From positions 37,202,001 to 37,266,000 of the forward strand of contig CM052818.1 of the NCBI GenBank assembly GCA_028534125.1: DNA of 64,000 nt, written 5' to 3'. The stretch comes from Lama glama. Its lineage: Eukaryota. The translations under genes were made by a program, and so were the position numbers. Below, piece after piece: positions 25,501 through 38,820 of this stretch; position 1 is the stretch's first letter, and every line of letters starts with the position of its first letter. The notes under the pieces were generated by a model that was not told the origin of the DNA, searched no databases, and saw only the letters and a list, made by a program, of their open reading frames with translations.

Positions 25501-26009
25501 AAAAGGACTCTCTGATGGCTGTAAATTCTGTATCTCTGTACCTCTCCCAAGGTGCTACTTGGGAGTATGTCCGTTTGTTTGGGAGTCATCAAACACAGAT
25601 ACTGGTTCGTATTGGACTCCCTTTCATGTAAATCCATTGTACCTTGGATATGTAATGTAATTAAGCAAGCCTCTTCTCTTTTTACAGGTTTGTGTTATAC
25701 ACTTAATGTTTGTGGTTATGTTTACAGTTTGGCCCATTGTGCAAGAAAGCCTACCTAGATACTCTTGATTCGACTTCGTCCACTCACTGTGATTTGTTTT
25801 GTGTCTTAGGTCAACATCATACAAAAAAAGTAAACGTACAATTTCACATAAATCATTAGCAGAAATATATAAAGGACAGGATGAAAATCAGAACTCTGTT
25901 TTGTATTATGGAAGTCTCCGGTCCAAGTTACGTTATCCTATTAATTAACCCTTTAGATTACCGGACATAGTCATTTAACGAACTGTAAGTCTAGGTGACA
26001 GTGCCTGCT

Positions 26010-27100
26010 AAATTCTTTTTCGTTATCACTTCAAACATTTCCTCTATTCTGTTCTGTCTCCTTCTGAGACTCCAGTTACATTTCCATTGATCATTTGATA
26101 CTTCCTACTCTTCTTGGATTTTCTATTCTGTTTTTCCCCCTCCCTTTTTTATCTTTCTGTGGGTAATTTCCATTGGCATTGACATATTTTCAAGTAACTA
26201 ATTTATTCCTGTGCTGTTTTCACCCTATGGATGAGCTCTTCAAAGCAATTCTTCATCATTTATATAATTTTTATTGGTAGCATTTTCATTTGACTCTGAC
26301 AGTTTCCATCTCTTTGTTGTTAGTCTCTGTTTGTTTATGCATATTGTCAACCTTTTTCATTAGATCAGAGATCAGCAGGTTTTTTTTTAAAGGCAGATAG
26401 TAAATATTTGAGGCTTTACAGGGCCTATAGTCTCTCTGCCATAGCAGTTCAAAAGTAGTCATATAATTGTAAATGAATGAGTGTGGTTGTGTTCAATAAC
26501 ATTTTATTTACAAAGATAAGAAGCAAGTTGAATTTGTGTCCTGAAGGCCATCGTTAACTGACCACTGCTCTGGATCCTTTAAATAAGAATTTTAGTTACT
26601 TTAATGTCCCTATCCAATAGTTCTAGTCATCCCTAAGTCTGCTTCTATTGACTACTTTCTCTGCTGACAGTGGGTTCCTTTCATTGCTTGTTTTGTTTGT
26701 CTCATTGTTTCTGATTAAATGTCAGAGATGGTATGTTGAAAAACAGAAAAGACTGAAGTAAGCATTATTTACAAAAGGTTCTGTTAGGCCATTAGTGCAG
26801 AGGATTGAATCGGTCTGGTAGTATTTCAACTGAATTTTTTTTTGTTTTGGTAGTTGTTCTTACTATAGTTACCTCAGGTGTACCGTTGCCTTTAAAGTTG
26901 AATAGAGGTGAGTTGTTTTAATTCGTGCTTTGGGTAGGGGATGGTGCTGAAGGCTTTTTCTCAGTGTTGCTGTTCAACCTTTAGCTTTTAGTAGTCTTAG
27001 TGTGAACACATCACACAGGGTGTCTCTCTCCTCCTCTTGCCCAGCTGGTAGAATACTGTTGCTTCTTATTTGAGGTTAGACTTGTGTTATCAGTGGAGAG
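26010..27100 (-). mobile_element. Old L1M 5'/ORF1-region fragment, interrupted by MER58A
   Basis: tctccttctgagactccagttacat..ttttcaagtaactaat..cttcaaagcaattcttcat..taagtctgcttctattgact; T-rich antisense L1 character. Confidence 0.6.
26366..26570 (+). mobile_element. MER58A (hAT-Charlie MITE)
   Basis: aaaggcagatagtaaatatttgaggcttt..gtaaatgaatgagtgtggttgtgttcaataacattttatttacaaa..ctgaccactgctctgga. Confidence 0.85.
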
Positions 27101-27639
27101 GGGAGGGTTCTTTTGTGTCAAAGTACTTGAATTAACTCATATTTCAGTATTTCTGTTTCTTGTTTAAGACAATATTGTGATGATCCAAGTAAGTGGTTTG
27201 ACTAATTTTTATTTATAGCTACCTCATGGTTCTGAATTATCAGACTAATAATGTAGAGAAAGCAAAAATAGTGATTTTAGACATGATTTTTTTTAAAGGA
27301 GAGAAATGCTAGCTTCTAGTAATTGTTGTTTCTTCTATAAATTTAATTGGATCATACATAACTGAATTATGTATTTTATAGAATCTTGCCAGGGGTTGAT
27401 GTCAAGACAACCTATCTCTAGAGTGTAGAATCAATCTTATTCCTCTTTAGCCTGAAATAATATTTGCTTTTCTATAATTTTCTATGTCTCCTTCACATTC
27501 TCCGGGATTTAAATCATTAACATAATCATGTATTTGAAGTCCTTTTCTCTTAAAGCCTCTTCACCTAGTTGGGCCTAAACTTCCTCCTTTTAATGAGTAT
27601 ATTCTTTACAGTGTCCAAATCATTGTAATTTACATTGGC

Positions 27640-28210
27640 ACTATATTCCTTTGTGTGTTAGTACAACAAAAGCTTATTTAGTCACTAATACATGTGGAGT
27701 TTTAGGTTTAATGCTTGAGAAACAAGACTGAATAAAATTCATCCCTACCCTCCCTGTCCAGATGCTGCGGCAGACGTGTAACAGGTATGTCGCCAGGTGC
27801 ATGTGATGAAAGCCACAGTAGGAGGATGGCTGATAACCTATGACTAGGGGTGGGGAAGGAGATTCAGGAAGGTTTCAGAGAGTTAGTGATATACATAAAT
27901 AATTTTAAAAAAAGATAAAGACTTTCACTTGATACATGAGACAGGGAAGGAAATTCTAGACAATGTAAAAACATGTTTAAAGTGCCTTCATGTGTGCATT
28001 TGCATGAATTCCCACAATGGTGGAACATGGTGGCATGTAGTGGCAAGAGATGAGGCTGGAGAGGAACCTGGGGCCAGGCTCTAAAGGTCATGCTTGCCTA
28101 TTTAGGAATTTAGACTTTATCCTGTAGGTGACTGGGATTAATGGAAGAACTTTGGATAGAGGAACCATATGCTCCAACTTACAAATCTGAAAGTGCACTT
28201 TGGCTGAGTG
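27640..28210 (-). mobile_element. L2 fragment
   Basis: caggaaggtttcagagag..gagatgaggctggagagg..taggaatttagactttatcctgtagg. Confidence 0.75.
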
Positions 28211-30954
28211 AGTGTAGTGAGTCCATGCAGATTTATTGTTAGGCTCTGCAGGCACAGTGCACAGGACCCATGAGCTACCCAAGGGCCCTCAAATTGCTTG
28301 AGACATGGGGGAGGAGACATACTAGCTTCATAACTGGAAAGCTGCCAAGTCAAAATAAAACTTATTGTAACTAAATTCCTGTAAACCATGGAATTATGTT
28401 AACTACTTAACTACAACTCAACTGAACTCTAAAATATTTTCATACAAATTAGGGAAATGTTGTGTTGAATAAGCAGAACTTACAGAACACAGCAATATGG
28501 CAACTTTAATCTCCCTCTGTCCCTTCAAATCCTTCCTGTAGTTCTTTCCTTCTCTTTAGATAAAATGCAAGGAAAGTTCTATGGCTTCTCTAGTCTCTCT
28601 TTAGAAACTAAAGTTCTTATAGTCAGTCTAGTCCCTCAGTCTTTGTTCAATAACTAGAATGCCCAGCTCCATTAATAATCAGTACTGCATACGTAAAGCT
28701 AATAGATCTTTTCTCCTTTTGCTTTGGGAGTTTTTGGTCTGTTTACCTGTGTAGAAAGAGGGATTTGTCTTTTTCTGTATTGAACAATTAGGGTTTTAAA
28801 TTCCTTTTTTTTACTCACTAACTGCCTCTAGATCTTCTAGAGTTGAAACAGGGTGGGGGGTGGTAAAATTGGATGGTTAGGGTTGGGGAGAGACTGGTTA
28901 AAAATGGAAATGTACAAAATGTTCAAAAGTTATGTAGAAGGTAAGTAAATATACAACTTGGCCACTTGGACGTGAGAGTGAGAGAAGAGGAGGCATTTAG
29001 GATGACTTCCTGTGGGACATGCGATGATGGTGTCTCTAACTAGGCTGTACATCTTTTCATTCAGGAGACATTAACTGCCTACCTTATATTTAGATCCATA
29101 TGAATGAGGCATTTCCAATTCTTGAACGGCTCAAGTCTTTGGGGAAGAGAGGTAAATACACAACTAAAATGTTCTGTGATGAGAACTATAACAACATGGT
29201 GCTTTGGAAATTATGGGAACACAGAGGTGCATTTCATACAGCCTGGAGTAAGATGGGAAGGGGCAGCCTCTGGAGATGTAGACCAGTCAGTCTTAGTTTG
29301 GAAACTATTAATCGTGGTACCTGTGAGGAAGCAGAAATGGTGTTGGTTATGTAGATCTAAGCAAAGGAAAAGGTTTGATCTAAAATAGAAGTTTAGGAGC
29401 TGTCAACATAGAGGTATATGCAGAGGTAGGTGAGGTGTGTCATCTAGGGAGATACACCTCATCCATTTACCCATCCAGTTACCAAAACAGCGTGTCCAGA
29501 GAGCCTTCTCCTTCCTTACCCTCTGCATCTTTATTCTCAGTATCTCCTTCCACATCATCTGAATCATTTAATTTCTGATCTCCTTTTCGTTTGAGTCCTA
29601 CCTCTCCCTGCTCTTTTCTCTAGGTTCCCCCTTTCCTGCAACTCAAGGCTCCTGGAATGTGGAGCTGTGCAGATGTTTCCGTCCTGAGAGTGCTTGACTG
29701 TTTCTCAGATGATGTCTCTGAGCAGATGTTCTGGTGTGTGCCTCCCTCTTCCTCTGCTGTTGTATTTTCTGTACAAATACCAGATTGCATTGCGGCATCG
29801 CTCTTTCTGGAGAAAACCCAATTCATGCTGGTGATGGGGTAGGTGGTACTTTCAGGCTATTAGAGAGAGTCTGTGGTGCAAAGGTTTTGCAAAGCAGAGT
29901 GTGAAGCCAAAAGGCTTTGGAAATGTAGTTTTGTGCTGTGACTTTACTTATGAACTGCTGTTTCTTCCATTAAGTGGTGTTCTGCAAGACCATCTCTTCT
30001 CTCTACTTTGTTAGCCTTGCCCTGTATTTCCATGTGCCTCTCATGGTCTTTGGTAATTGTGTACCTTCATGTGAGCCTTTGCAACACATGGGTCCTTTGT
30101 CTCCTGACAACATGTGGGCTTAGGAGATGGAGTCAGAGAGTCCGGAGTCATTGCACATTTTAGTAATAGACTTGAAAACCCTTGGCAAAAATAGGGAGGA
30201 AGCAGGGTTACTTGCTAGGCAGGCTGGCAGGAAGGTTAACTGTCCTTATGAGGGTCAATGGTGACATGCTGCAGTGGTCTGTCTCCCCTCTCTCTGTTTT
30301 CTCTTGGTTTCTGAACTTGTCTCTGATTGCTTACTGAGAATTTGTAACAAAGGACCCAGGGGTGTGGAAGACAGTCCCCTGATTTTAAAAAGAATGCACT
30401 TTTACCTTACCTCCTGATTTGCTTTCGGGAATTCATGATTTGGAAAAGGCTTTCCCTTCTCTTTGTTCCATTTATGGCAAGTCAGTATCTTCAGTTCTTC
30501 ATGTGATGGAATGAGTTGCATTCACCTATCACTGGCCATCTCTTCTTACTGGAAATAGCTATCTGATTGAAGCTGCCCATGGTCCTGACACAGACTCCTA
30601 CAGACAGGGTATACTCAAGTGCATTCATCTGAGTGTCAAGGGGAGCCCTGAAGAGTAGGGAAAGACCCCAGGGAGAGTGGTGATGGAGTCTGTGGAGCCA
30701 AAGGAGAGGAGGGGCTAGAGTGACTCACTCTCCAGCCAGTCTAAAGCTTTATCCATATCCAGACAAGCCAATTCAATGATTAAAGGCAGGAGTGGAACTC
30801 AGACCTGGCACGTCTTAATGTCACCAGTATGGAGTGCATTTTACAATCCAGGCTTCCCTCCATATAGCACGTCATCTTCCGAAAATTTATATGCAACATT
30901 CTCTCTTTTAAAGAAGCCAGCAATACATTTATTTATAAAGCGAAGAGTATGCTG

Positions 30955-31250
30955 CAAGGGAAAAAGTAGAACCTTCGGAAGCAGACACACCTGAGTCAAA
31001 CCACAGCTTTACCGCTTCATCCATTCATTTATTCAGTCCTTCATTCTTTCAGAAATGTTTGTCAAGAACATTCACTATCCCAGGCTTAACACCAAAAATC
31101 AGCGAGATGACACACTGGTGAACGTGTGTCAACGTGGAAAATTTAGTAACTTCTCTCGGCCTCAATTTCTCATCTATAAAATATGAATAGTATTACTTGC
31201 TGTGCAGGTTGTCATGAAGGTTGAAATAAGGATACGGTTTCTGGCATATA
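30955..31250 (+). mobile_element. MIR SINE with an intervening L2-like tail
   Basis: aacttctctcggcctcaatttctcatctataaaat; cattcatttattcag at 31023. Confidence 0.65.
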
Positions 31251-32319
31251 TCAAATTTTTTTACATCAACGATTATAATTATGTGGGAAATATCCCTTTT
31301 AGTGTATTCCACGAGTTTTTTTTTTTAAACTGAAGTCTGCCTATTTACAATGACTTACAATTGTGTTCTTATCAAGGTTTCCTGAGTAAACAGTTCTCTC
31401 CCACTGACAGATGAAACTTCTCACTAAAGCTCATTTGATGAAGGTTTCAGAAATCAACTCAAGTTGTAAATGTTACAGCTACACTGTGGGACTTGGCTTT
31501 CTTCTCTATGGAAGAGCTCCAAAGAGCACAGGACTGGAGGTCCCCAAACCTGACTCAGTTTTAGCTTTGACACAATATAACCTGGAATTGTTTGCTTTTC
31601 CTCTCTCTGGACTTTACTTTCTCCACCTATGAAATAGTTGTTGCCTATTTGTAGTGATTTTGTAGCGCTTGAATGCAATAAATGATATGAGAGGGTTGTA
31701 ATACTTTTTAATTGCATGTATTTTTGTTTTGCTTTCTTGTTTTTAAGGAAAGAAATGAAAATAACTAGGAATATTTTGCGCAGTTCTACATCTTCTTACA
31801 AATTATCCTATTTTCTTGCCTTTTATAAATTTGCACACTTAGATTTCTGTTTTCAGTGACAAGCAGTTACGATGGTGGATTCTGATTTGGAGAAGGTGGA
31901 TTTGCCAGAATTTAAATTTATAAACTAGACACATTTGAGAATGACTGCTCATATTAGGAAGTGTTTTATTTTACAAAAGTGTTTTCCTTTGACTCTCAAA
32001 CTAGTAGTCTTAGTCATTTAAAATATGATTTAATATTTTAGAAATATAGCTATTGCACAATTTGAAATATACCCTAAATAGTAATATCAGAACACAGGTT
32101 AATATTTGGATTTTTGTTCCAATACCCAGATCAATGTACACAGTGATGGGACTGAGCAGTTCCTACACCTCCAAAAAAACACTTGTTGAATCTGTTGCTA
32201 TGTGTTTAGTTTGAAACTTTAAATTTGGGGGTTGGCTTTGGATAAATCAAAAAAAAAAAAAACCAACCTTATGGCTTAGAGGTCTAAAAAGAAAATCAAT
32301 GGAACAGATTCTAAAATAC

Positions 32320-32650
32320 AGTCATTTGATCCACAGGTCTACACTGAGTGCCTGCTGTGGATACTTGGCACTTTGCTAGGAGATGTGCAGTCAGAAAGGC
32401 TTCACTGAAGAAGTGACATCTGAGTTGAATCTTGAAAGTTGCATAGTCGTTTATCAAGTGAGAAAGGGGTCTCAGGGAAAACAAGGCAAAGAGAACTGTA
32501 TGATCAGTTTAGAAGAAGGACGGTAGAACCCAGGAGCTGGTTTGAGGGTGGGGAGCGTGTGGAGGAGCTCTCATGAGTGAGGCTGGGGAGGGAGTCAGGA
32601 GACAGGCTGGGGAGGGCTCCTACTCCATGTCGTAAAGTTGCTGAGAATGC
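32320..32650 (-). mobile_element. L2 fragment
   Basis: ctgagtgcctgctgtg..gtcagaaaggcttcactgaagaagtgacatctgagttgaatcttgaa. Confidence 0.75.
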
Positions 32651-33889
32651 AGTCACAGGAGTGGGTGTTTGATAAAACAGACCATATAAACCACGTCAGC
32701 TCATTCCCCTTCAGACATTCGCATTATGAATTTTCTCACTGAGCTGAGGCAAGTGCTATTTTGTTGGTATGCAGGGGGATTAAGGTTTCGTTGCTAAGGA
32801 CTGCGCTCCTTAGCCCAGCATGCGGATGAGCCAAGGTTTACAGAGACACACTGCTGCCTGGGTAAGCCACGTCTGATGTGTGCCACCCATCAATTTCCCG
32901 TAATGATGGACCATATGGATTATTTTTTTTCCTGAGGTGCCTGATGTCTCCTTAGTGTGTACAGCATGTATGGAGTTATTAACAGGTTATCGCAGAATCA
33001 TACAAACGGGAGTTGAGAAAGCACTTGATCTCTAAGAATACAATATACAGCACAGGTCAAGACAGTCGGCTGTGAAGTGGGAGCCCCAGGAGAGAGGAGG
33101 TGGGTGCAAGGGTAGGGCCAAGGAGTGGGTTAGGAGAGACAGTATGACCTGATGAGGACTCTGAAGGGGAGCTTGGTGACAGGGACAAGGACTGATAGGA
33201 AATCCAAAAGCTTAAGGCCAGGACTCTGATTTTGGAAGCACTGGAAATAGAGTAAATAGCCATTCTTGCCACAGCACAAAAACTTCTTTCATGGGGGCCC
33301 TCTGAAAAGTGAGAGTCAGCCACCAGGCAAAGACAGGCATTAAACTAGAAGGCTCAGAGGCCCTGAGCTTGCCCTAAGACTACAGAAATACCCACGAAAC
33401 CTGTTTCAAGAAGAGCCAGAGGTTGTCGGCCACAGTGGTTGGAGGCAGACAGAACGCAGAGAGCAGAGGAAAGTGGAATCCGGGAAGACTCCTGGGCTAC
33501 TTGGCCGCCAGGACCCAGCAGGGAAAGGCACTGCTCAATGATTTCTTGTTGTTAATCATTTTTCTCATTTTCCCTAGTTGTTAACCCTGGGACCATACTA
33601 ATCAACTCCTCGTTTCCCTGCCCGTGGCTTACATGGTTCCTTGGTTATTACATCTGAGTTTAATCATTGTCCAAACTGAGCTCCATGTCTTCCTCGCAAT
33701 TTCACCCCTATTCAGTGTGTGTTTTGCCAGGAACTGTAGCCGTGTAGAAATGGAAAGAATCTATTTAGAGAGAGGAGTGTCAGGAATGGGAAGCACAGCC
33801 CAGAACAGGGAGATGGGGTCTGAGGTGATGTGTGAAAGATTTTCTTCCCCCAGTTCCCCAGGACAGTGCTGAAAAAATCCAGAAAAACA

Positions 33890-34215
33890 AACAAAAACCA
33901 ATGCTGCCCGCGACTTGCGACACCTCCTCTTTTGCTCCCTTTCCTCTTTCCCTCACTGCCTGAAGTGGAGATGTGAATGGGAAGCGAGAAAGTGATTGAA
34001 TCAAAAGCACCAGAATGCAGCGAGCTTGACATTGAAGGAGGAATTGTCTGGAAGTCATGTTCGGCTTCCGCTCCCATCTCTTGCTGCACAGTCTCCTTCA
34101 CTCCGGGAGTCCCTCACGTTTCAGAAACGGAGTGCGCATGAGGCAGAAGTAAGTCAATCACGGGTTCTTCAATTACTAGGAGCTGTCAGTGCTGGCCGAC
34201 GTCAGCCGATGCTGT
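33890..34215 (+). promoter_or_regulatory. Candidate alternative promoter or first exon (CpG-enriched, ATG at 34057, donor at 34149)
   Basis: Non-repeat segment with clustered CpGs against a CpG-poor background, donor GAA|GTAAGT, and a CRE-like GACGTCA at 34198. Confidence 0.4.
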
Positions 34216-34559
34216 GAGACATCAGAGGTGTTATTTATCTCTCCACTCTCTGAGGCTGTCTAATTTGGAGATGGCAGAGATTAAAATCAGCTCCTTAGAG
34301 ACAAGCTCTCAAACTCTTAAGGGAATTTATGAATAAATATGGATATATTTTTTTTTCCAGGAAATACTGTCAGATATTCTGATACCCTGAGAAAAACCTC
34401 ACTCAAGAGAAAGGGGTATTTTCCAGCCATATACCAACATCCGCTATTTTTTCCATCTTTAAAACAAATAAACATACAAGTCTTAACACCTGCTTTCCAC
34501 ATCAACGGCCTTTGAAAGCGGATCTGCTTAAAAGAACTGTCTATGATATACACTGTCCC

Positions 34560-35340
34560 CATTTTTTCTCTTCCTGTTCTGAGTCTACCTTTGCCAATCC
34601 AATAAAAATTGATCTTGACAAGATCACCAAGAGCCTCTGCTGAATAAATCCAAAAATTACTCCCTAGCTCTCACCTTTTGGACTTCAGCAACATCTGAAA
34701 CAGTTGTTTACCTTTTCCTCCTGGTTACTGAATAATTCCTTTCTTAAACTGGATTCTGGGTAAAACACATACTCCCAGTTTTCCTCCAGTCACAGGCCAC
34801 TCCTTCGCAGTCTTCAGTGTTGGTTCCTTCTTGTCTCCCTGACTTCTTTATGTTGGAGTTTTGCAGGGCTTAGCACTCGTTTACTTATTTCTTCATGACC
34901 TTATTCAATTACATGGTTTCACACACCAAGTACAAAATGTGACTTCCAAATTTATACTCCAAGCACAGACCTCCCTGAGTTCCACTCCATATTTATATAT
35001 GTAAATATCCAACTGACTACTCAATATTTCCACTTGGATGTTTAATAGAAATCTCAAACTTAATATGTTCAAGACTGAGCTCCTAATCTTTTTCCAAAGT
35101 CTGGCTCCCCTTAAAGTTTTCTTCCTCTAAGTGAGGGCCAAGACTATTTTTCCTGTCTCTGAGGCCATGGAGCTTGTTGGCATCCTTGACTCATCCCTGT
35201 TTTGTAGTTCTCATCTCACCATTAGCAAATCCTATTGACGTGACTTGTGAAATACATCCAGAACTGGGTCACTTCTCACCCATGTCACTCCTGCCATTCT
35301 GGTCCAAACCATCATCTTGGCTCTAGATTATTGTACTGCA
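34560..35340 (+). mobile_element. L2 ORF2/3' region
   Basis: ttgacaagatcaccaa..aaatccaa..ttggagttttgcagggct..gacttccaaatttata..cagacctccctgagttcca..atccaactgactactcaatatttccacttggatgt..ctcaaacttaatatgttcaagactgagctc. Confidence 0.88.
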
Positions 35341-35499
35341 GTTTATTTGAATAGCAGAGAATAGTCATATGCAGGGGGGATTAGAGATGAAGGAGACTAG
35401 AGCCCAGAAGATAATTTGCTTGCTGGGTTCGTGGTCTGAGAACGAGGTGAAGGGTACACGGATGGTCTCAGTGGGGCTGTTGCACACACAAAGGGCTGT

Positions 35500-35985
35500 G
35501 CTGGTGGTGGTTGTCCCTCTGCCCACCTGCCCACCCCAGGTCCGTTATCCACCTGTGTCCTGCTCTGTGCTCCAGAAGCCTGACTTCATGTTCTACATCT
35601 TGTAGACTCTCTTGCCTATTGCTGTTTGGGTTCAAATGATGGGAAATACAGGCAGGATCTCAAACGGCAAGAGAATGGAAAGTCAGGGTCTTACCTATCT
35701 GCCTATCACACACTGGCAATGACTTTTTTCTAGCCGCAGCACGTCAGGTTGTCCTTACTGCATAGTTTCCGCTCTCCCTGGGTTTTAGAAGCACTGTTTC
35801 CTTTCCTACTCCTTCAGGATCACTAGTGTGAACAGCGTTTTTCTGTTGCCCATCCCTGGGTGTCTCACCATTCCTTTTTAGTTTCTAACTTTGCCCAGAC
35901 CTCATTAAATAATGCCTTCACTAGGCTCTTTCAGATAAACCTTTTTGAGAGTGTCCTTTATTTCCTTCAGGGACCCTTCCTAACA
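35500..35985 (+). mobile_element. LTR33-like ERVL solo LTR
   Basis: cctgctctgtgctccagaagcctgac..ttgggttcaaatgatgggaa..ttaaataatgccttcactagg..ttttgagagtgtcc..ttccttcagggaccc. Confidence 0.7.
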
Positions 35986-36999
35986 TAGGAAGAATTAATC
36001 TTTTGTTATGAAATAAATATTAAATTAATTACATTTTATGAAAATAAATAAATACTGTGAAAACACATTACTCACAGAAATTTAGAGACTACAGAAATCT
36101 TGAGGGAAGAAAAATGTTCATCCCTAACCACAATGCCACTAGAGAACCACCGTGAACATTTTGGTGAGTTGTAAAAAACGTAATTTTTATTCACATAATT
36201 TTAGTCTCCAGGTGGTGTTTTAAAACATTAATATTTCTTCTATAAAAAGAAATGTAGAAAATTTGGAATGCAGAGAAAATACAAAGAACAACAAAATCAA
36301 AAGTTCTTACTCAAAGAAAAGCTTGGAAAATTTTGTTATATTCACTTAAAATCTTTCTTTGGAGTTTCATGTAGCTTCTACTTCATGTAGTATAAAGTAG
36401 ATAGTAAAGTACATGGTGATTTTAAAGTAAAGTGAATACAAATCACTTACAATTCATAGAACAAAGGGGAAATGAAGAGAAACTTGGTATACAGTTGACC
36501 ACTGGTTAGTTTTCATTGATCTGTCCTAATGTTAAAAAACGTACTTTAACTATTAAACTGGAGTTTAAATTATAAAAATCAGTTTTTCAGTTATCTTGAT
36601 AATTACAGTTGCTTCTCTGCTTTTGTGAGTGGAAGAGAAAGACTTTCATAATTTTCTTGGTAGGAAATGAAAAACATAAGTACTGTTCACTGTTGTTAGT
36701 GGTCTTTGTCACAGTGAAGTCGTTGTTGTTTCTTCAGACAGATTCCCGCACGACAGTAGGAAGAAGGCTGTATCTCCAGAGAACGGCCTGGGTCTGGGAG
36801 CAGAAAGAATTCTGTTGAGGAGTGGCTGTGGGAAGCAGGCTCAGTTTTGTAACTGGGTTGCCTAATTTACATTCCAGCACATAAATAAACTGATTCTGAA
36901 TTAGAGGTCCAACTGAACAGTGAAAGGCTGCCATTTCTTTATATCATAACTTTCATAATTGAGGTTTATTAATTTTGATTTTCCCTTGCGTCACTTTGT

Positions 37000-38300
37000 A
37001 TATCCTTAAATAATTATTTCGAAGAGAGTAGGTAGGTCAGTGTTGTATATTCGAAGCTCTTGAATATTTAACTCCGTCTCTGTTGCTTTAAGACAAGAAA
37101 AACAACTGAGTTATGAATGTAATCATTAGGCTTCAGTATATTTTCCTCAAAACTTTAGGTGCTTTGTATTTTTGAAGTAGCATAAAAAAGGATGCAAGAG
37201 ATCAGCAGATTCCTGACCCTTTGTGAGTAACACATCTTTCCCTGTGTATTTGCTTAAAATTTTAGTCATTGTGTTTTTAGCTGACAGTTCAAGGTAATTT
37301 TCAGCAGGTTGCTAGATGCAGCTTCTTCCTTTCATTGATTTTTGCTCAGAATTTAGTCTGAGCCTGTGAATCAATACATATCATGTATCTGTTTCATATC
37401 AAGACTTAAAAAAATTGCCTTGATTATGGCTTTGTTACAAAATTTTTTTTGAGTTAGAATGTGTGTTTTATTAGATTGAATCTGTACTTTTACTATTTCC
37501 TTCATTATTTTCCATCTCCTTTTTGTTTTTCCCCAACTTCTCAGGTTGTTCTCAGTGTCTGATTTGATTTTTCACAAAATCAGATCTGCTGTCTATGGCC
37601 TTCTGTACGAATTTTAATTCTGCTTTTTTGTTTTGGTTTTATTTATATTTCCTTTCCTCACCCATATCTCCTTATACTTCATCTTTTAATTTTGGTCTAT
37701 GTTGTTCTTTTTTTTTCTTTTCAGCTCCTATTTCTTATGGTATTTTCAAGGAAATATTTATTTTGTCTAACTTTTGCTTTTTAGAATGAAGTTTTAGTTG
37801 GTTTTCTCTTTTTGTCTTTCATATTGAATTCTGTGTTCCCCAGTGAGTATTGTTTTTCAGTATCTTCTCCCTTGATTTCCTGATCACTTTTAACAAGGAC
37901 TTTTCTTTTTTCTTTAAAAAAATATTTTTAATGTTTTCAAAGAACCAATTTTGATATTGCTAAAACTCTCTTTTTATATTCAACTTCTATTTTTATTAAT
38001 TTTATTACTATTACTTTTTTCTCATATTTGACTTTATTTTAGTATGTTGATCTTCCTTCTTGAGATGAACATTTAGATCATCAATTTTCAGCCTCTTCTG
38101 TTTTCGAATGTAAAGATACACATTTCTCTCTAAATACTGTATTAGCTTTTCCTTTTGTGTTTCATAAGTAATTTCCTTCAACTTTTAACTTCTAATTTTT
38201 ATTTTTAAGAATAATTTTTTTAATGCATGAGTTACCATGAGTATATTTTAGAGTTATCTTGCTGATATCACATCTAACTTAGTTATGTTATGGTCAAATC
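37000..38300 (-). mobile_element. Degenerate L1M/HAL1-like fragments
   Basis: Very T-rich; ttttcaaagaaccaattttg, tttagatcatcaattttcagcct and tttctctctaaatactg are typical of antisense L1. Confidence 0.55.
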
Positions 38301-38309
38301 TGTATTCTT

Positions 38310-38820
38310 CAGTTTACTCCATGATTATTTGTTGAAGGGTACTACATCCAAAGTACTGTTTCAGATGTTAAGATTTCATTAATGGATAAACCAGACAAAC
38401 TCCTAACTTTTTGGAGTGTATATTCTAAAATGGGAAGAGAGATAGTGAATGTAGTTAGGAAGCAGGAATTTTAAAAGGTGGGAAGTGCCATGTTAACTAA
38501 ACAGCAGGGTAAGGAGATTGGTCCTGCTGTATATGTACATGCATACACACAAGGATGCGAGGGGTGTGTGTGTTTTGCATGTGTTATGGTAGGAAGACTT
38601 AAGAGTGATCAGAGAAAGCCATCCCAAGAAGGTGAGATTAGGAGAAAAGGGATTCTTCTCTGAGGGAAAAATTCCAGTCCAAAGAAACATCCAATACAGA
38701 AGCTCTGAGGCTAGCTCGTACCTGCACATCTGAAGAGGCCAGTGGACTGCAGTAGAGTGACGGGGCAGGGGGTGAGGGGGTGCAGTAGTAGAAGAGATGA
38801 GAGAGAATAGGAGGGGGCAC
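38310..38820 (-). mobile_element. L2 fragment
   Basis: atttgttgaagggtactac..ggagtgtatattcta..agagtgatcagagaaagcc..gaagaggccagtggactgcagtagagtga. Confidence 0.75.

Noticed and set aside
36737..36870. Acceptor-like site (gtttcttcag) followed by an open stretch
   Set aside because: No convincing donor and the peptide is not recognisable.
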